From Microcoleaceae cyanobacterium (GTDB lineage: Bacteria > Cyanobacteriota > Cyanobacteriia > Cyanobacteriales > Microcoleaceae): a stretch of 56,498 nucleotides of DNA. Shown piece by piece: positions 1 to 8,109 of this stretch (positions are counted from its first letter, which is position 1; every line of letters begins with the position of its first letter). The position numbers and the translations under genes are program-made. The stretch covers positions 1 through 56,498 of the forward strand of contig JBOFUV010000043.1 in the NCBI GenBank assembly GCA_051652765.1, in the 5' to 3' direction. The notes below the pieces were generated by a model. The model saw only the letters and a program-made list of their open reading frames with translations. It was not told the origin of the DNA and made no database searches.

Positions 1-1085
1 ACCTGGCGATGGAAAATGAGGTTGGAATTCTTAAGTTCCAGGCTGAACCTGAGGCTGGAGATGACTTTGAAGTAATTTACAGTGTTGACGAAGATATTCT
101 GGTTCCTGACCTAGAAGGATTAACCCTTTACTACGGTGACAACGGTTCCGGTTACTTGATCGCGTCTAGCCAAGGCGATTCCAGCTACGCCCTGTTTGAC
201 CGGGCTGGAAGCAACGAATATTTAGACAGTTTCGTAATCGCAGGCAACGGTGACATCGACCAGATCAACGAAACCGATGGCTTTGACATCACGAACGTTC
301 CCCTGGGTTCCGCCTATCCCAACGGCTTATTCGTTGTTCACGATGGCGCGAACGACCCCCAATCGGTGATTGAAGATGATGAACAGTTGGAAAATAACAG
401 TACCAACTTCAAGTTTGTTCCCTGGGAGAATGTTGCCAATGCCTTCCCCAATCCGTTGAACATTGACACCACTAGTTACGATCCTCGCAATCCCGCCCAA
501 GGATTAATTGCTGGAACTGCTGACGCTGAAGTCTTAACAGGAACAGATGGAGATGATCTCTTCAACGCTGCTAATGGCAAGGACACTGTTGCTGGCGGAT
601 TAGGCAATGACCTCATTTACGGGGAAGCGGGCAACGACCTGTTGAGAGGCGATCTGAATGAACGAGTTTCGGGAGTTGAAGGTGGTAATGATACGATCTT
701 CGGCGGGTTAGGCAACGACCGAATTAGCGGTAAAGCAGGCAACGATGAACTTTACGGAAATGAAGGCAATGATCGCATCTGGGGCGATCAAGGCGATGAT
801 TTAATTCGGGGCGGTTTGGGCAATGACAAACTGTATGGGGATTCAGGTTATTCCACTGGTGGCGTTGATACGTTCATCCTGGCCGAAAGTGAGGGAATGG
901 ACACAATCTACGACTTTGAAATTGGGATTGACCTGATTGGTTTGGCTGGAGGATTAACCTTCGGTGACCTCGCCCTGGATCAACAGGGACAAAATGCACT
1001 GATTAATTTCGGGGAGACAACCCTGGCGGTTCTACAACAGGTTAATGTTAATAGCCTGTCTGAATCTGATTTCGTGACGATTTAA
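1..1085 (+). CDS. Beta-propeller phytase domain plus C-terminal RTX/hemolysin-type Ca-binding repeats (5' partial)
   Basis: Phytase-like motifs DLEGLTLY, YLIASSQG, ETDGFD, GLFVVHDG, NFKFVPW; GGxGNDxLxG nonapeptides; frame is open to the window edge. Confidence 0.85.
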   Translation, partial: LAMENEVGILKFQAEPEAGDDFEVIYSVDEDILVPDLEGLTLYYGDNGSGYLIASSQGDSSYALFDRAGSNEYLDSFVIAGNGDIDQINETDGFDITNVPLGSAYPNGLFVVHDGANDPQSVIEDDEQLENNSTNFKFVPWENVANAFPNPLNIDTTSYDPRNPAQGLIAGTADAEVLTGTDGDDLFNAANGKDTVAGGLGNDLIYGEAGNDLLRGDLNERVSGVEGGNDTIFGGLGNDRISGKAGNDELYGNEGNDRIWGDQGDDLIRGGLGNDKLYGDSGYSTGGVDTFILAESEGMDTIYDFEIGIDLIGLAGGLTFGDLALDQQGQNALINFGETTLAVLQQVNVNSLSESDFVTI

Positions 1086-1097
1086 TTGTTTCAAAGC

Positions 1098-1133
1098 GAG
1101 GGGATGAGCAAGTTTTATCCCCTCTTGTTTTTT
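1098..1133 (+). terminator. Intrinsic terminator after the phytase gene
   Basis: GAGGGGATGA...TTATCCCCTC hairpin followed by TTGTTTTTT. Confidence 0.7.
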
Positions 1134-1544
1134 GAGTATTCTATTTAAGATTCAAGTAAAAAACGTTTAAAAAACCATTAACAACTTTTTTAAAAAATCT
1201 CTTTAAAATTTTAAACTATCCCCAACAGCAAAAAATTAAACAACTTAAAGAAAGCTAAAACACTAAATTAATAAACGATGAAAATTTATAGTATCCTAAA
1301 GATTGATTTTTTAATCTTTTACTAAAAAATCTTAAAGCTAAGCGTTGAGAAAAAATCATTAATAATCTTGCTATAATTAGAATTTAAGGTATCAAAGATA
1401 ATTTTTTAATTAAAAAAATGTTTCGCAAAAATAGCAATAGCATTTATTTAAAAAATATCAACTTTTTTTGATTTGAATTTTTGATATTGCGAATGGCCGC
1501 TAAATTTGTCTTAAAAAACTCTAAAAACCAGAACGTCACAAAAC

Positions 1545-1605
1545 TTTCACTCTTTTTTAACTCAGTCATAATTCCCTCTTAACCTTCAACAAGTAACCTT
1601 AGGAT
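1545..1605 (+). promoter_or_regulatory. SphR (PhoB-like) Pho box upstream of phoA with a candidate -10
   Basis: TTTCACTC-ttt-TTTAACTC-agt-CATAATTC-cct-CTTAACCT, i.e. 8-mers at an 11-bp period matching the cyanobacterial PyTTAAPyPy(T/A) box; TAGGAT at 1600-1605. Confidence 0.75.
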
Positions 1606-1766
1606 CTGGAACTGAATATAAGACGTAAATTGTTCAGAGATCAGGGCATTGTTTGTGATAAAACCCTTTCCATTGTCTTTCAGTTTTTCTAACATCAAGC
1701 TACCTCCAATCAAGCTTCTAACTACATAGATAGCCTCTGATACGTACTAATAGGAATCCAAATCAA

Positions 1767-4070
1767 ATGGCTAAGAACGTTATCATCATGATCGGCGACG
1801 GTATGGGCTGGGAAATGGCTCGTACTGCCGCTACTGCCAACACCGGAGAGTTCTACACTTCTGGTGCAGGGGAAGGCTTAAGCTTTCAAGAACTAGAGGG
1901 CTACTCTTTTGTAACCACTTACGGTACTACCGTTGCTCCTGGCAGCGAAGAGCTTGATCCTACTAAGCGACTGTTCAGTACAGGTAATGGTGCATTGTAT
2001 GGGTCTGGCTCCAACCCAACTGGAACTAACCCACTCCGTCCTGACTTTGAATTTGTGCCAGACTTCAATCCTGGGATTAGTGCAAGCGGCGAGGCTCCTA
2101 ACCCTGGAACGACTGCGTTAGGCAACTTGGTGGGTTATGATGCTGAGCGCGGCGGTTTAGTGCCCTGGGATGCTAGCTACTACGACAATCGGGAGAATCC
2201 TGCTGAAGGCTTTGACCCAGAGTACATCAAGTACAGCTATCCTGACTCTGCCAATACAGCAACCACGCTCTACACCGGAGTCAAGAGCTACAACAACGCC
2301 ATTGGAGTCGATATCTACGAAGAGCCTCTAGAGTCTGTTCTGCAAATGGCAGCGGATCAAGGCAAGTCTACAGGTTTGGTAACTTCTGTTCCCATCGATC
2401 ACGCAACGCCTGGAGCTGCAGCCGCCAATGTTAACCGTCGGAACAAGTACGACAGTGACTTCCCAACTTTGGACAGCATCCTGCAACAGGAACTGCGGAT
2501 CTACCGTCCTAACGTTCTCTTAGGCGGTGGACATCCCTTCTCTAATACACAAGACCCATTGCCCGATGGAGTTGAGCCGCCAACAGACAACACTTTCATC
2601 ACAGAATCAACTTATGCAGAGCTGAGCGCGAACCCAACTGACAACGTTTACGACTATACATTCCTGGAGCGTGGCCCTGATGCGGCAATGACCCTAGCAG
2701 ATACTGCTGCGGAAATTGACCCCAACCAAGGAGAGCGCCTACTTGGTCTATATGGAGCCAGAGGACAAAACGGCAACCTGCCCGTTAGTTCTGCCGATGG
2801 TGACTACAGCACCACAGGCTTGGATATGTTCTCCCTCTTCAGCTCTGCTCAGGAAACTGGCATTCCGACCCCTGATACTGAGCGTCCCCTGCTCCCTGGG
2901 GAAACCGATGAATCTTTCATCGCAACAGAAGTTAACGAAAACCCCACTTTAACCAACCTGACTGATGCGGCTCTGGAAGTTCTAGGTAAGGATGAAGACG
3001 GGTTCTGGCTGATGATCGAAGGCGGAGACATTGACTGGTCTGCCCACGACAACAACGTTGACAACCTGATCGGTACAGTGAACGACTTTGACAAAGCAGT
3101 TCAGAGCGTAACAGACTGGATTGCTGAGAACGGTGGCTGGGAAGAGAACCTGCTAATCGTTACGGCTGACCACGACCACTATTTGACTCTGAACCCCGAA
3201 TTCCCTGAACTGCTGGCTACTGAAGGGGCTGAAGCTCTGACTTTTGAGCAACACGATCCAGAAACAGCCGGACATTTCTGGGGTTCTGATGATGCGGTCA
3301 AATATGGTTGGGGTTCCCACAGTAACCGTCCTGTTCCTGTGTACTACCAAGGCGCAGGCTCAGAAGTGTTAGATGGTTTAGTCGGCGAAGGCTACACCAA
3401 TTATGGTTTTGAGGTTCCTGGTTTCTCCAATGGAGTCGATCAGAGCCACATCTTCCAAACGATGGCAGCAGCAGTCACAGGAACCGATAACTATCTCAAC
3501 GGTTCTCCCAATGCTGAAACCTTTATCGGTGAAGATGACCAGAATGACTTGATTGTCTCTCGGGGTGAAAACGACACGGTTGCTGGCGGTCTAGGCGACG
3601 ACCAAATCTATGGTGGCTACGGCAACGACCTGCTGCGAGGCGACGAAAATACCCGTGCTTCTGGTACTGAAGGCGGCAATGACAAGATCTTCGGCGGTGT
3701 TGGCAATGACCGGATTAGCGGTAAAGCTGGCAACGACGAACTCTATGGTGAAGAGGGCAATGATCGCATCTGGGGCGACGCAGGCGATGATCTGATCGAT
3801 GGCGGTCTGGGTAACGACAGACTCTATGGAGATGCTGGCGACATGGTCGGCGGCGTTGACACCTTTGTATTGCGAGCAGGTGACGGCAAAGATACGATCT
3901 ATGACTTCGAGTTAGGAATTGACTTCATCGGTCTTTCTGACGGTTTGATGTTCAGTGAATTAGTTCTGAATACCCAAGGACAAAACACCCTGATTCAGTT
4001 TGGAACTGAAACTTTAGCGGTTGTTCAGGGAGTTGTAGGTCTCTCTGAATCTAATTTTGCGCTAGTTTAA
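1767..4070 (+). CDS. phoA: Alkaline phosphatase (PhoA family) with C-terminal RTX repeats
   Basis: KNVIIMIGDGMG, PDSANTAT (catalytic Ser), DHATPG, EGGDIDWSAHDN, TADHDH; RTX tail; no N-terminal signal peptide. Confidence 0.9.
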   Translation: MAKNVIIMIGDGMGWEMARTAATANTGEFYTSGAGEGLSFQELEGYSFVTTYGTTVAPGSEELDPTKRLFSTGNGALYGSGSNPTGTNPLRPDFEFVPDFNPGISASGEAPNPGTTALGNLVGYDAERGGLVPWDASYYDNRENPAEGFDPEYIKYSYPDSANTATTLYTGVKSYNNAIGVDIYEEPLESVLQMAADQGKSTGLVTSVPIDHATPGAAAANVNRRNKYDSDFPTLDSILQQELRIYRPNVLLGGGHPFSNTQDPLPDGVEPPTDNTFITESTYAELSANPTDNVYDYTFLERGPDAAMTLADTAAEIDPNQGERLLGLYGARGQNGNLPVSSADGDYSTTGLDMFSLFSSAQETGIPTPDTERPLLPGETDESFIATEVNENPTLTNLTDAALEVLGKDEDGFWLMIEGGDIDWSAHDNNVDNLIGTVNDFDKAVQSVTDWIAENGGWEENLLIVTADHDHYLTLNPEFPELLATEGAEALTFEQHDPETAGHFWGSDDAVKYGWGSHSNRPVPVYYQGAGSEVLDGLVGEGYTNYGFEVPGFSNGVDQSHIFQTMAAAVTGTDNYLNGSPNAETFIGEDDQNDLIVSRGENDTVAGGLGDDQIYGGYGNDLLRGDENTRASGTEGGNDKIFGGVGNDRISGKAGNDELYGEEGNDRIWGDAGDDLIDGGLGNDRLYGDAGDMVGGVDTFVLRAGDGKDTIYDFELGIDFIGLSDGLMFSELVLNTQGQNTLIQFGTETLAVVQGVVGLSESNFALV

Positions 4071-4080
4071 CGACAATGTT

Positions 4081-4112
4081 AGGAACCTGTAAAACCAGGA
4101 ACCTGTAAAACC
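4081..4112. repeat. 16-bp tandem repeat x2 plus a degenerate third copy
   Basis: AGGAACCTGTAAAACC x2. Confidence 0.85.
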
Positions 4113-4120
4113 AAGAAATT

Positions 4121-4144
4121 GTAGGGCGGGTTTACCTGCCCTAC
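4121..4144. repeat. GTAG-type REP-like palindrome (family A), possible bidirectional terminator
   Basis: GTAGGGCGGGT-TT-ACCTGCCCTAC; related copies at 27341 and 41501. Confidence 0.7.
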
Positions 4145-4518
4145 TTTTCTACTGCTTGTATCAAAATAAAGGGCTGCACAATCAGGGCTTTAAACCGCTT
4201 TTTGCGATCGCGCTCCCAGTCAGCCACTTCCTCCAACTGAGGTTTATGAATCAACTGCTCTTCCATCCATCGCTTCACCAAGAGCATGTTGTCGCTGGCA
4301 ATAGCAACTCCAGCCTCAAGTAGATCTAGATTGGGATCAACAATCACGATCGTATCTCGCTGCAGATGGGGAATCAGCCAGTCCCATTCTGCCTCATCCA
4401 GATTCTCGGCCAGTTGGGCTTTCAGGGCTTGGTTTGGGTCTTGTGGGCTTGAATCTTGTGGGTTTAGGTCTTGTGGGTTAGGATCTTGAGTCACGAATTT
4501 TGATTGAACCTTCTTCAA
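4141..4518 (-). CDS. DUF2288 family protein
   Basis: AEWDWLIPHLQRD...LDLLEAGVAIASD...FKALIVQPFILIQ; N-terminal QDxxP pentapeptide repeats; start uncertain. Confidence 0.8.
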   Translation of the reverse strand: MKKVQSKFVTQDPNPQDLNPQDSSPQDPNQALKAQLAENLDEAEWDWLIPHLQRDTIVIVDPNLDLLEAGVAIASDNMLLVKRWMEEQLIHKPQLEEVADWERDRKKRFKALIVQPFILIQAVEK

Positions 4519-4531
4519 GGGAGTTTACAGT

Positions 4532-5170
4532 CTAGCGCCCTAGGTCGTGCATTGTATTAATTTCCATAGCGCACTTTTGCGTCAAGGCTTCGAGTTCTTC
4601 TCGGTCAGTTGAACGGGGGGGAGGAATTACCTGCCCAATCCGCACGGTGATTGGTACAGGTCGAGGGAACGCAGCATCCTGTCGCCAAATTGCCTGAGTT
4701 CCCCACAGAGACACGGGCAACAAGGGCGCTTGGGCTTTCGCAGCTACCAAAGCCGCCCCCAGCTTGGGATCGGTGATCTGTCCGTCCAGGGTACGGGTTC
4801 CCTCCAGAAAAACCCCAGTTGCCCATCCCTGTTCCAAATATTCCAGGGCAGACCGAATCGCATTCCGATCCGCAGCACCCCGCTTCACAGGGTAAGCCCC
4901 ATAAAGTAGAATAGCCTGTTTCAGGACTGGAACTTTGAATAGTTCTTCCTTGGCCATAAACGCGACGGGGCGACGCATACAGTTCGATAAGAGGGGCGGG
5001 TCGAAGTCACTGGCATGGTTACTCACCACCACCAATGGCCCCTCTTGGGGAACTTGCTCTGCGCCGTAGATTCGGCCTCGAAAATAAACCCGCAGGACAG
5101 GATTAACAATCGACCACTTGAACAAGCGGTAGAGGACTAGGCTCTGAATCGGCTCGCGGGATTGGGCCAC
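4532..5170 (-). CDS. plsC: 1-acyl-sn-glycerol-3-phosphate acyltransferase
   Basis: NHASDFD (HX4D) and FLEGTR motifs. Confidence 0.9.
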   Translation of the reverse strand: MAQSREPIQSLVLYRLFKWSIVNPVLRVYFRGRIYGAEQVPQEGPLVVVSNHASDFDPPLLSNCMRRPVAFMAKEELFKVPVLKQAILLYGAYPVKRGAADRNAIRSALEYLEQGWATGVFLEGTRTLDGQITDPKLGAALVAAKAQAPLLPVSLWGTQAIWRQDAAFPRPVPITVRIGQVIPPPRSTDREELEALTQKCAMEINTMHDLGR

Positions 5171-5185
5171 GATATTGCACCCCTC

Positions 5186-6010
5186 CTACTGTTTGGTCAC
5201 GCGAGCGAATATAGCCTCAATCTCAGATAGCTCAACTGCTCCGGAAAGAGTTTCTCCATTCATCACAAAGAACGGAGTCCCTTGAATGCCCAATCCACTG
5301 GCAAGCTGGATATCTGCCTGAATCTCCGTAGCCGCAGCTTCACTCTTGCGATCGCTGTTAAACTTCTCCAGATCCAGACTCAGGTCTTGGGCGATTTTGG
5401 TATACAAGTCCTCCCCAAGCTTGTCTTGATTGGTAAATAAAGCGTCCTGGTATTCCCAGAATTTCCCCTGTTGTTGAGCGGCCCAGGAAGCTTTGGCGGC
5501 GGGGAGAGCTTCTGGATGAATTTGAGTTAACGGTAAATGTTTGTAGACCAGCGTCACTTGCCCTTGGCGTTTTTCCATAAACTGCTGGACGGTTTTGTGA
5601 GCCTTTGCACAGAAGGGACATTGGAAATCCGAAAATTCCAACAGCACAATTTTTTGATCAGGGGAACCCTTGGTGGGAGAGTTGCCAATCACAGCCTTAG
5701 GATTGGTTCGCATCTGATCTAAAAACTTGCCTCGAGATTGCTTGAGGTCTTCTTGTTGCTTTTCTTGATAGGCTTGGACAGATTGTAGAATCACTTCCGG
5801 ATTATTCCGAATCACTTGGATCACCTGTTGCTCAAACTCCGGACTCACTTTGGTTGGATCTGAAGATTGAGCAGGCTTAGAGCAACTGACTAAGACCAGG
5901 CAAACGATGCAGAATAAACTCGTTGCGAATGCTTGCCAACCTCGCAGCCTGTGTCGATGCGCCAGTGTTTTCATAACGTTTCTCCAATCCAATAGCAATC
6001 CACGGTTCAA
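5186..6010 (-). CDS. DsbA/thioredoxin-fold protein, probably a lipoprotein
   Basis: EFSDFQCPFC and cis-Pro GTP motif; LVLVSC lipobox-like; true start may be the ATG at 5974. Confidence 0.88.
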   Translation of the reverse strand: MNRGLLLDWRNVMKTLAHRHRLRGWQAFATSLFCIVCLVLVSCSKPAQSSDPTKVSPEFEQQVIQVIRNNPEVILQSVQAYQEKQQEDLKQSRGKFLDQMRTNPKAVIGNSPTKGSPDQKIVLLEFSDFQCPFCAKAHKTVQQFMEKRQGQVTLVYKHLPLTQIHPEALPAAKASWAAQQQGKFWEYQDALFTNQDKLGEDLYTKIAQDLSLDLEKFNSDRKSEAAATEIQADIQLASGLGIQGTPFFVMNGETLSGAVELSEIEAIFARVTKQ

Positions 6011-6036
6011 TGTCTATCCTAAGTTTAACGTGAAAC

Positions 6037-7995
6037 TTATCGTCGATTTCCTTTAGTTCTGGTTCGGTTTCTGATCTGAGTTTCCTGGATTGAAGATCCA
6101 ATGCCTTGTAAAACCCCGCGACCAATTAATCCGATCCCGCGACCAATCACCTGAGTTAACAGATAAACTACTCCACTCCCAAGCAGAGACAGGGTTGATC
6201 GTATCCGAGGCGCGATCGCATCCCGTGTTTCTAATGCCAAGGTTACTGCCAAGGAGATTCCATTGAGCTGCATTAATTCGGCATGACGAGGAGAATAAAT
6301 GGTTTCGGTTTGAATGCCGCGATCGCTTAAAACAAAGAGCTTATAAGAACTTTCAAAGATCGCCTGCGGTTCTCCAAAAAACTGTTCTACCCGATAATGC
6401 CAGGATAAATCATTCCGAAATCGCTCGATTTCTCGTGTAGACAGTAAACGGCGATCATAAAATTTTTGCTTAATTTCTTCCACATCGCCAAAGGCATTTA
6501 ACAGCGGTTGGATCACGCTATTGGCCACTCTAATCACCAGATTTTGCAGCAGGATTTCTGCTTGTCTCATGGCATCGGGACTCCCGACGGTGCAAGCCAG
6601 ATTATCCACCATCAAGGGAGTCTGAAACAGTAAGTGAGCCACAAGGTCTGAAATTAAGGGAATTTTACTCAGAATCTCTTGGTCAACCCTAGGTTCAGCC
6701 TCCAGCAATATCGGCACAATGGCCACAATCCGATCGCCCAAGTTCACAGTTGAGTATTTACCAAAGAAATCTGTCAAGGTGGCTACCCAAATATCTCGCA
6801 GCATCTCCAGGCAATTTTCTGGGATCTGATCTGAATGTATTTGAGAAAACTGCAACTCATCCAAACAGTGTTCAAATTGTCGGAGCACGAGATAAATTAA
6901 TTCTCGCTTTTGACTCGGGCGGAGGATATCAGTTTCCAGAGGAATCCCAGTTTGATTGGCCAAACCAGACTGCAATTTGGCAACAGTAGCGTCAAAGAGA
7001 GCTGACTTGAGCATGTTTGGAGAAATCACAGGTTGAACGGCCAAAACAGTCGTTTTCAGTGAAGCTAGAGCACCTGCTGAGGACAGTGTCTGACTGATCT
7101 CAGGGTTAAGGGATTCTAAGGGGTTACTGTCCCGGTTACTTTCCCAGGAATTGGACTCTGAGAAGCGTTCTGAAGGATTACCTAAGGGAGTCTCGGAACC
7201 ATTTTCTGGAGTCATGGATTCAGAGCGAGCAGAAGTCGGCAACAGTTGGCTGACCATCCAACGAGCTACGAGCAATTCTCGCTGTTGTCCCCGAACAATC
7301 AGCCAATTCAGGATTTCAGCAGGATTTCTCCGATCAAACGCCTTGGGATCTGGCAGTTCAGTTTTGACAGCCTCTAGAGCTGAATCAATTTGCCGCAGCC
7401 CTGACTGACCCACCGCCTGACGCAGTTTCTTCAAGGGTTGACTCAAGGCAGGAAACTTGGCAGATGGGTGAGGGGAAGTTGTAGAGGTCGGTAACGGGGT
7501 CACCCAATAGAACTCACCAGACGCAACCTGATAGAGAGCAATCGCTAATTCTTCTGCCGAAACGCCTTTTGGACAGTATCCCTCGATTCCAATGTCCTGA
7601 ATCGTAGTCAACAAAACCGGATCTTGTAAAGCAGTCAGGATTAGAATGGGAAATTGGGAATAATGGGTTTCGAGAAATTGACAAAATGAGATCGCCTCAG
7701 GGGCTATCACCAACTGCGCCTTGGAGTTAAACCTCTGACCTTCAGAGCTACGAAGCGGCGCTGACAAATCCTGAATCCCTGGCTCTAGGACAATCACCCT
7801 GACTGGATTGAGGGGGGAGTTTTGAGGATGAGGGGAGTCCGCTGTCCATCCTTGCAGAACTTTTGTAGCGGCGGCCCGAGTCTCAGCCTCCGCTACAATC
7901 TCGAAGTGATTCGCATCTGCACAGACGGCTCGTATTCCAAACCGAAAGATAGGATCGTCTTCAATCAGGAGAATTTGGATCGTCGATTGACTCAT
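6037..7995 (-). CDS. Ycf55-like protein (atypical receiver domain plus DUF3685)
   Basis: N-terminal ILLIEDDPIFR receiver fold; C-terminal LSTREIERFRNDLSW and LETRDAIAPR...GRGIGLIGRG typical of DUF3685. Confidence 0.8.
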   Translation of the reverse strand: MSQSTIQILLIEDDPIFRFGIRAVCADANHFEIVAEAETRAAATKVLQGWTADSPHPQNSPLNPVRVIVLEPGIQDLSAPLRSSEGQRFNSKAQLVIAPEAISFCQFLETHYSQFPILILTALQDPVLLTTIQDIGIEGYCPKGVSAEELAIALYQVASGEFYWVTPLPTSTTSPHPSAKFPALSQPLKKLRQAVGQSGLRQIDSALEAVKTELPDPKAFDRRNPAEILNWLIVRGQQRELLVARWMVSQLLPTSARSESMTPENGSETPLGNPSERFSESNSWESNRDSNPLESLNPEISQTLSSAGALASLKTTVLAVQPVISPNMLKSALFDATVAKLQSGLANQTGIPLETDILRPSQKRELIYLVLRQFEHCLDELQFSQIHSDQIPENCLEMLRDIWVATLTDFFGKYSTVNLGDRIVAIVPILLEAEPRVDQEILSKIPLISDLVAHLLFQTPLMVDNLACTVGSPDAMRQAEILLQNLVIRVANSVIQPLLNAFGDVEEIKQKFYDRRLLSTREIERFRNDLSWHYRVEQFFGEPQAIFESSYKLFVLSDRGIQTETIYSPRHAELMQLNGISLAVTLALETRDAIAPRIRSTLSLLGSGVVYLLTQVIGRGIGLIGRGVLQGIGSSIQETQIRNRTRTKGNRR

Positions 7996-8022
7996 GGCCA
8001 CACTACCAGCAGAGAGAAGCTG

Positions 8023-8109
8023 AGTTCTTGCTTTAAAGTTCTTGCTTTAAAGTCCTGATTCCAAACCTGATTCCAAACCTGATTCCAAACCTGATTCCAA
8101 TTATTCCAA
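8023..8109. repeat. Adjacent 14-bp x2 and 12-bp x4 tandem repeats
   Basis: AGTTCTTGCTTTAA x2, then CCTGATTCCAAA x4 running into the stop codon of the upstream gene. Confidence 0.9.

Noticed and set aside
1..4200. Apparent absence of HIP1 in the phytase/phoA block as a sign of horizontal transfer
   Set aside because: Other native-looking acidic exported genes (porin, RTX) also appear to lack it; no mobility genes; not testable by eye
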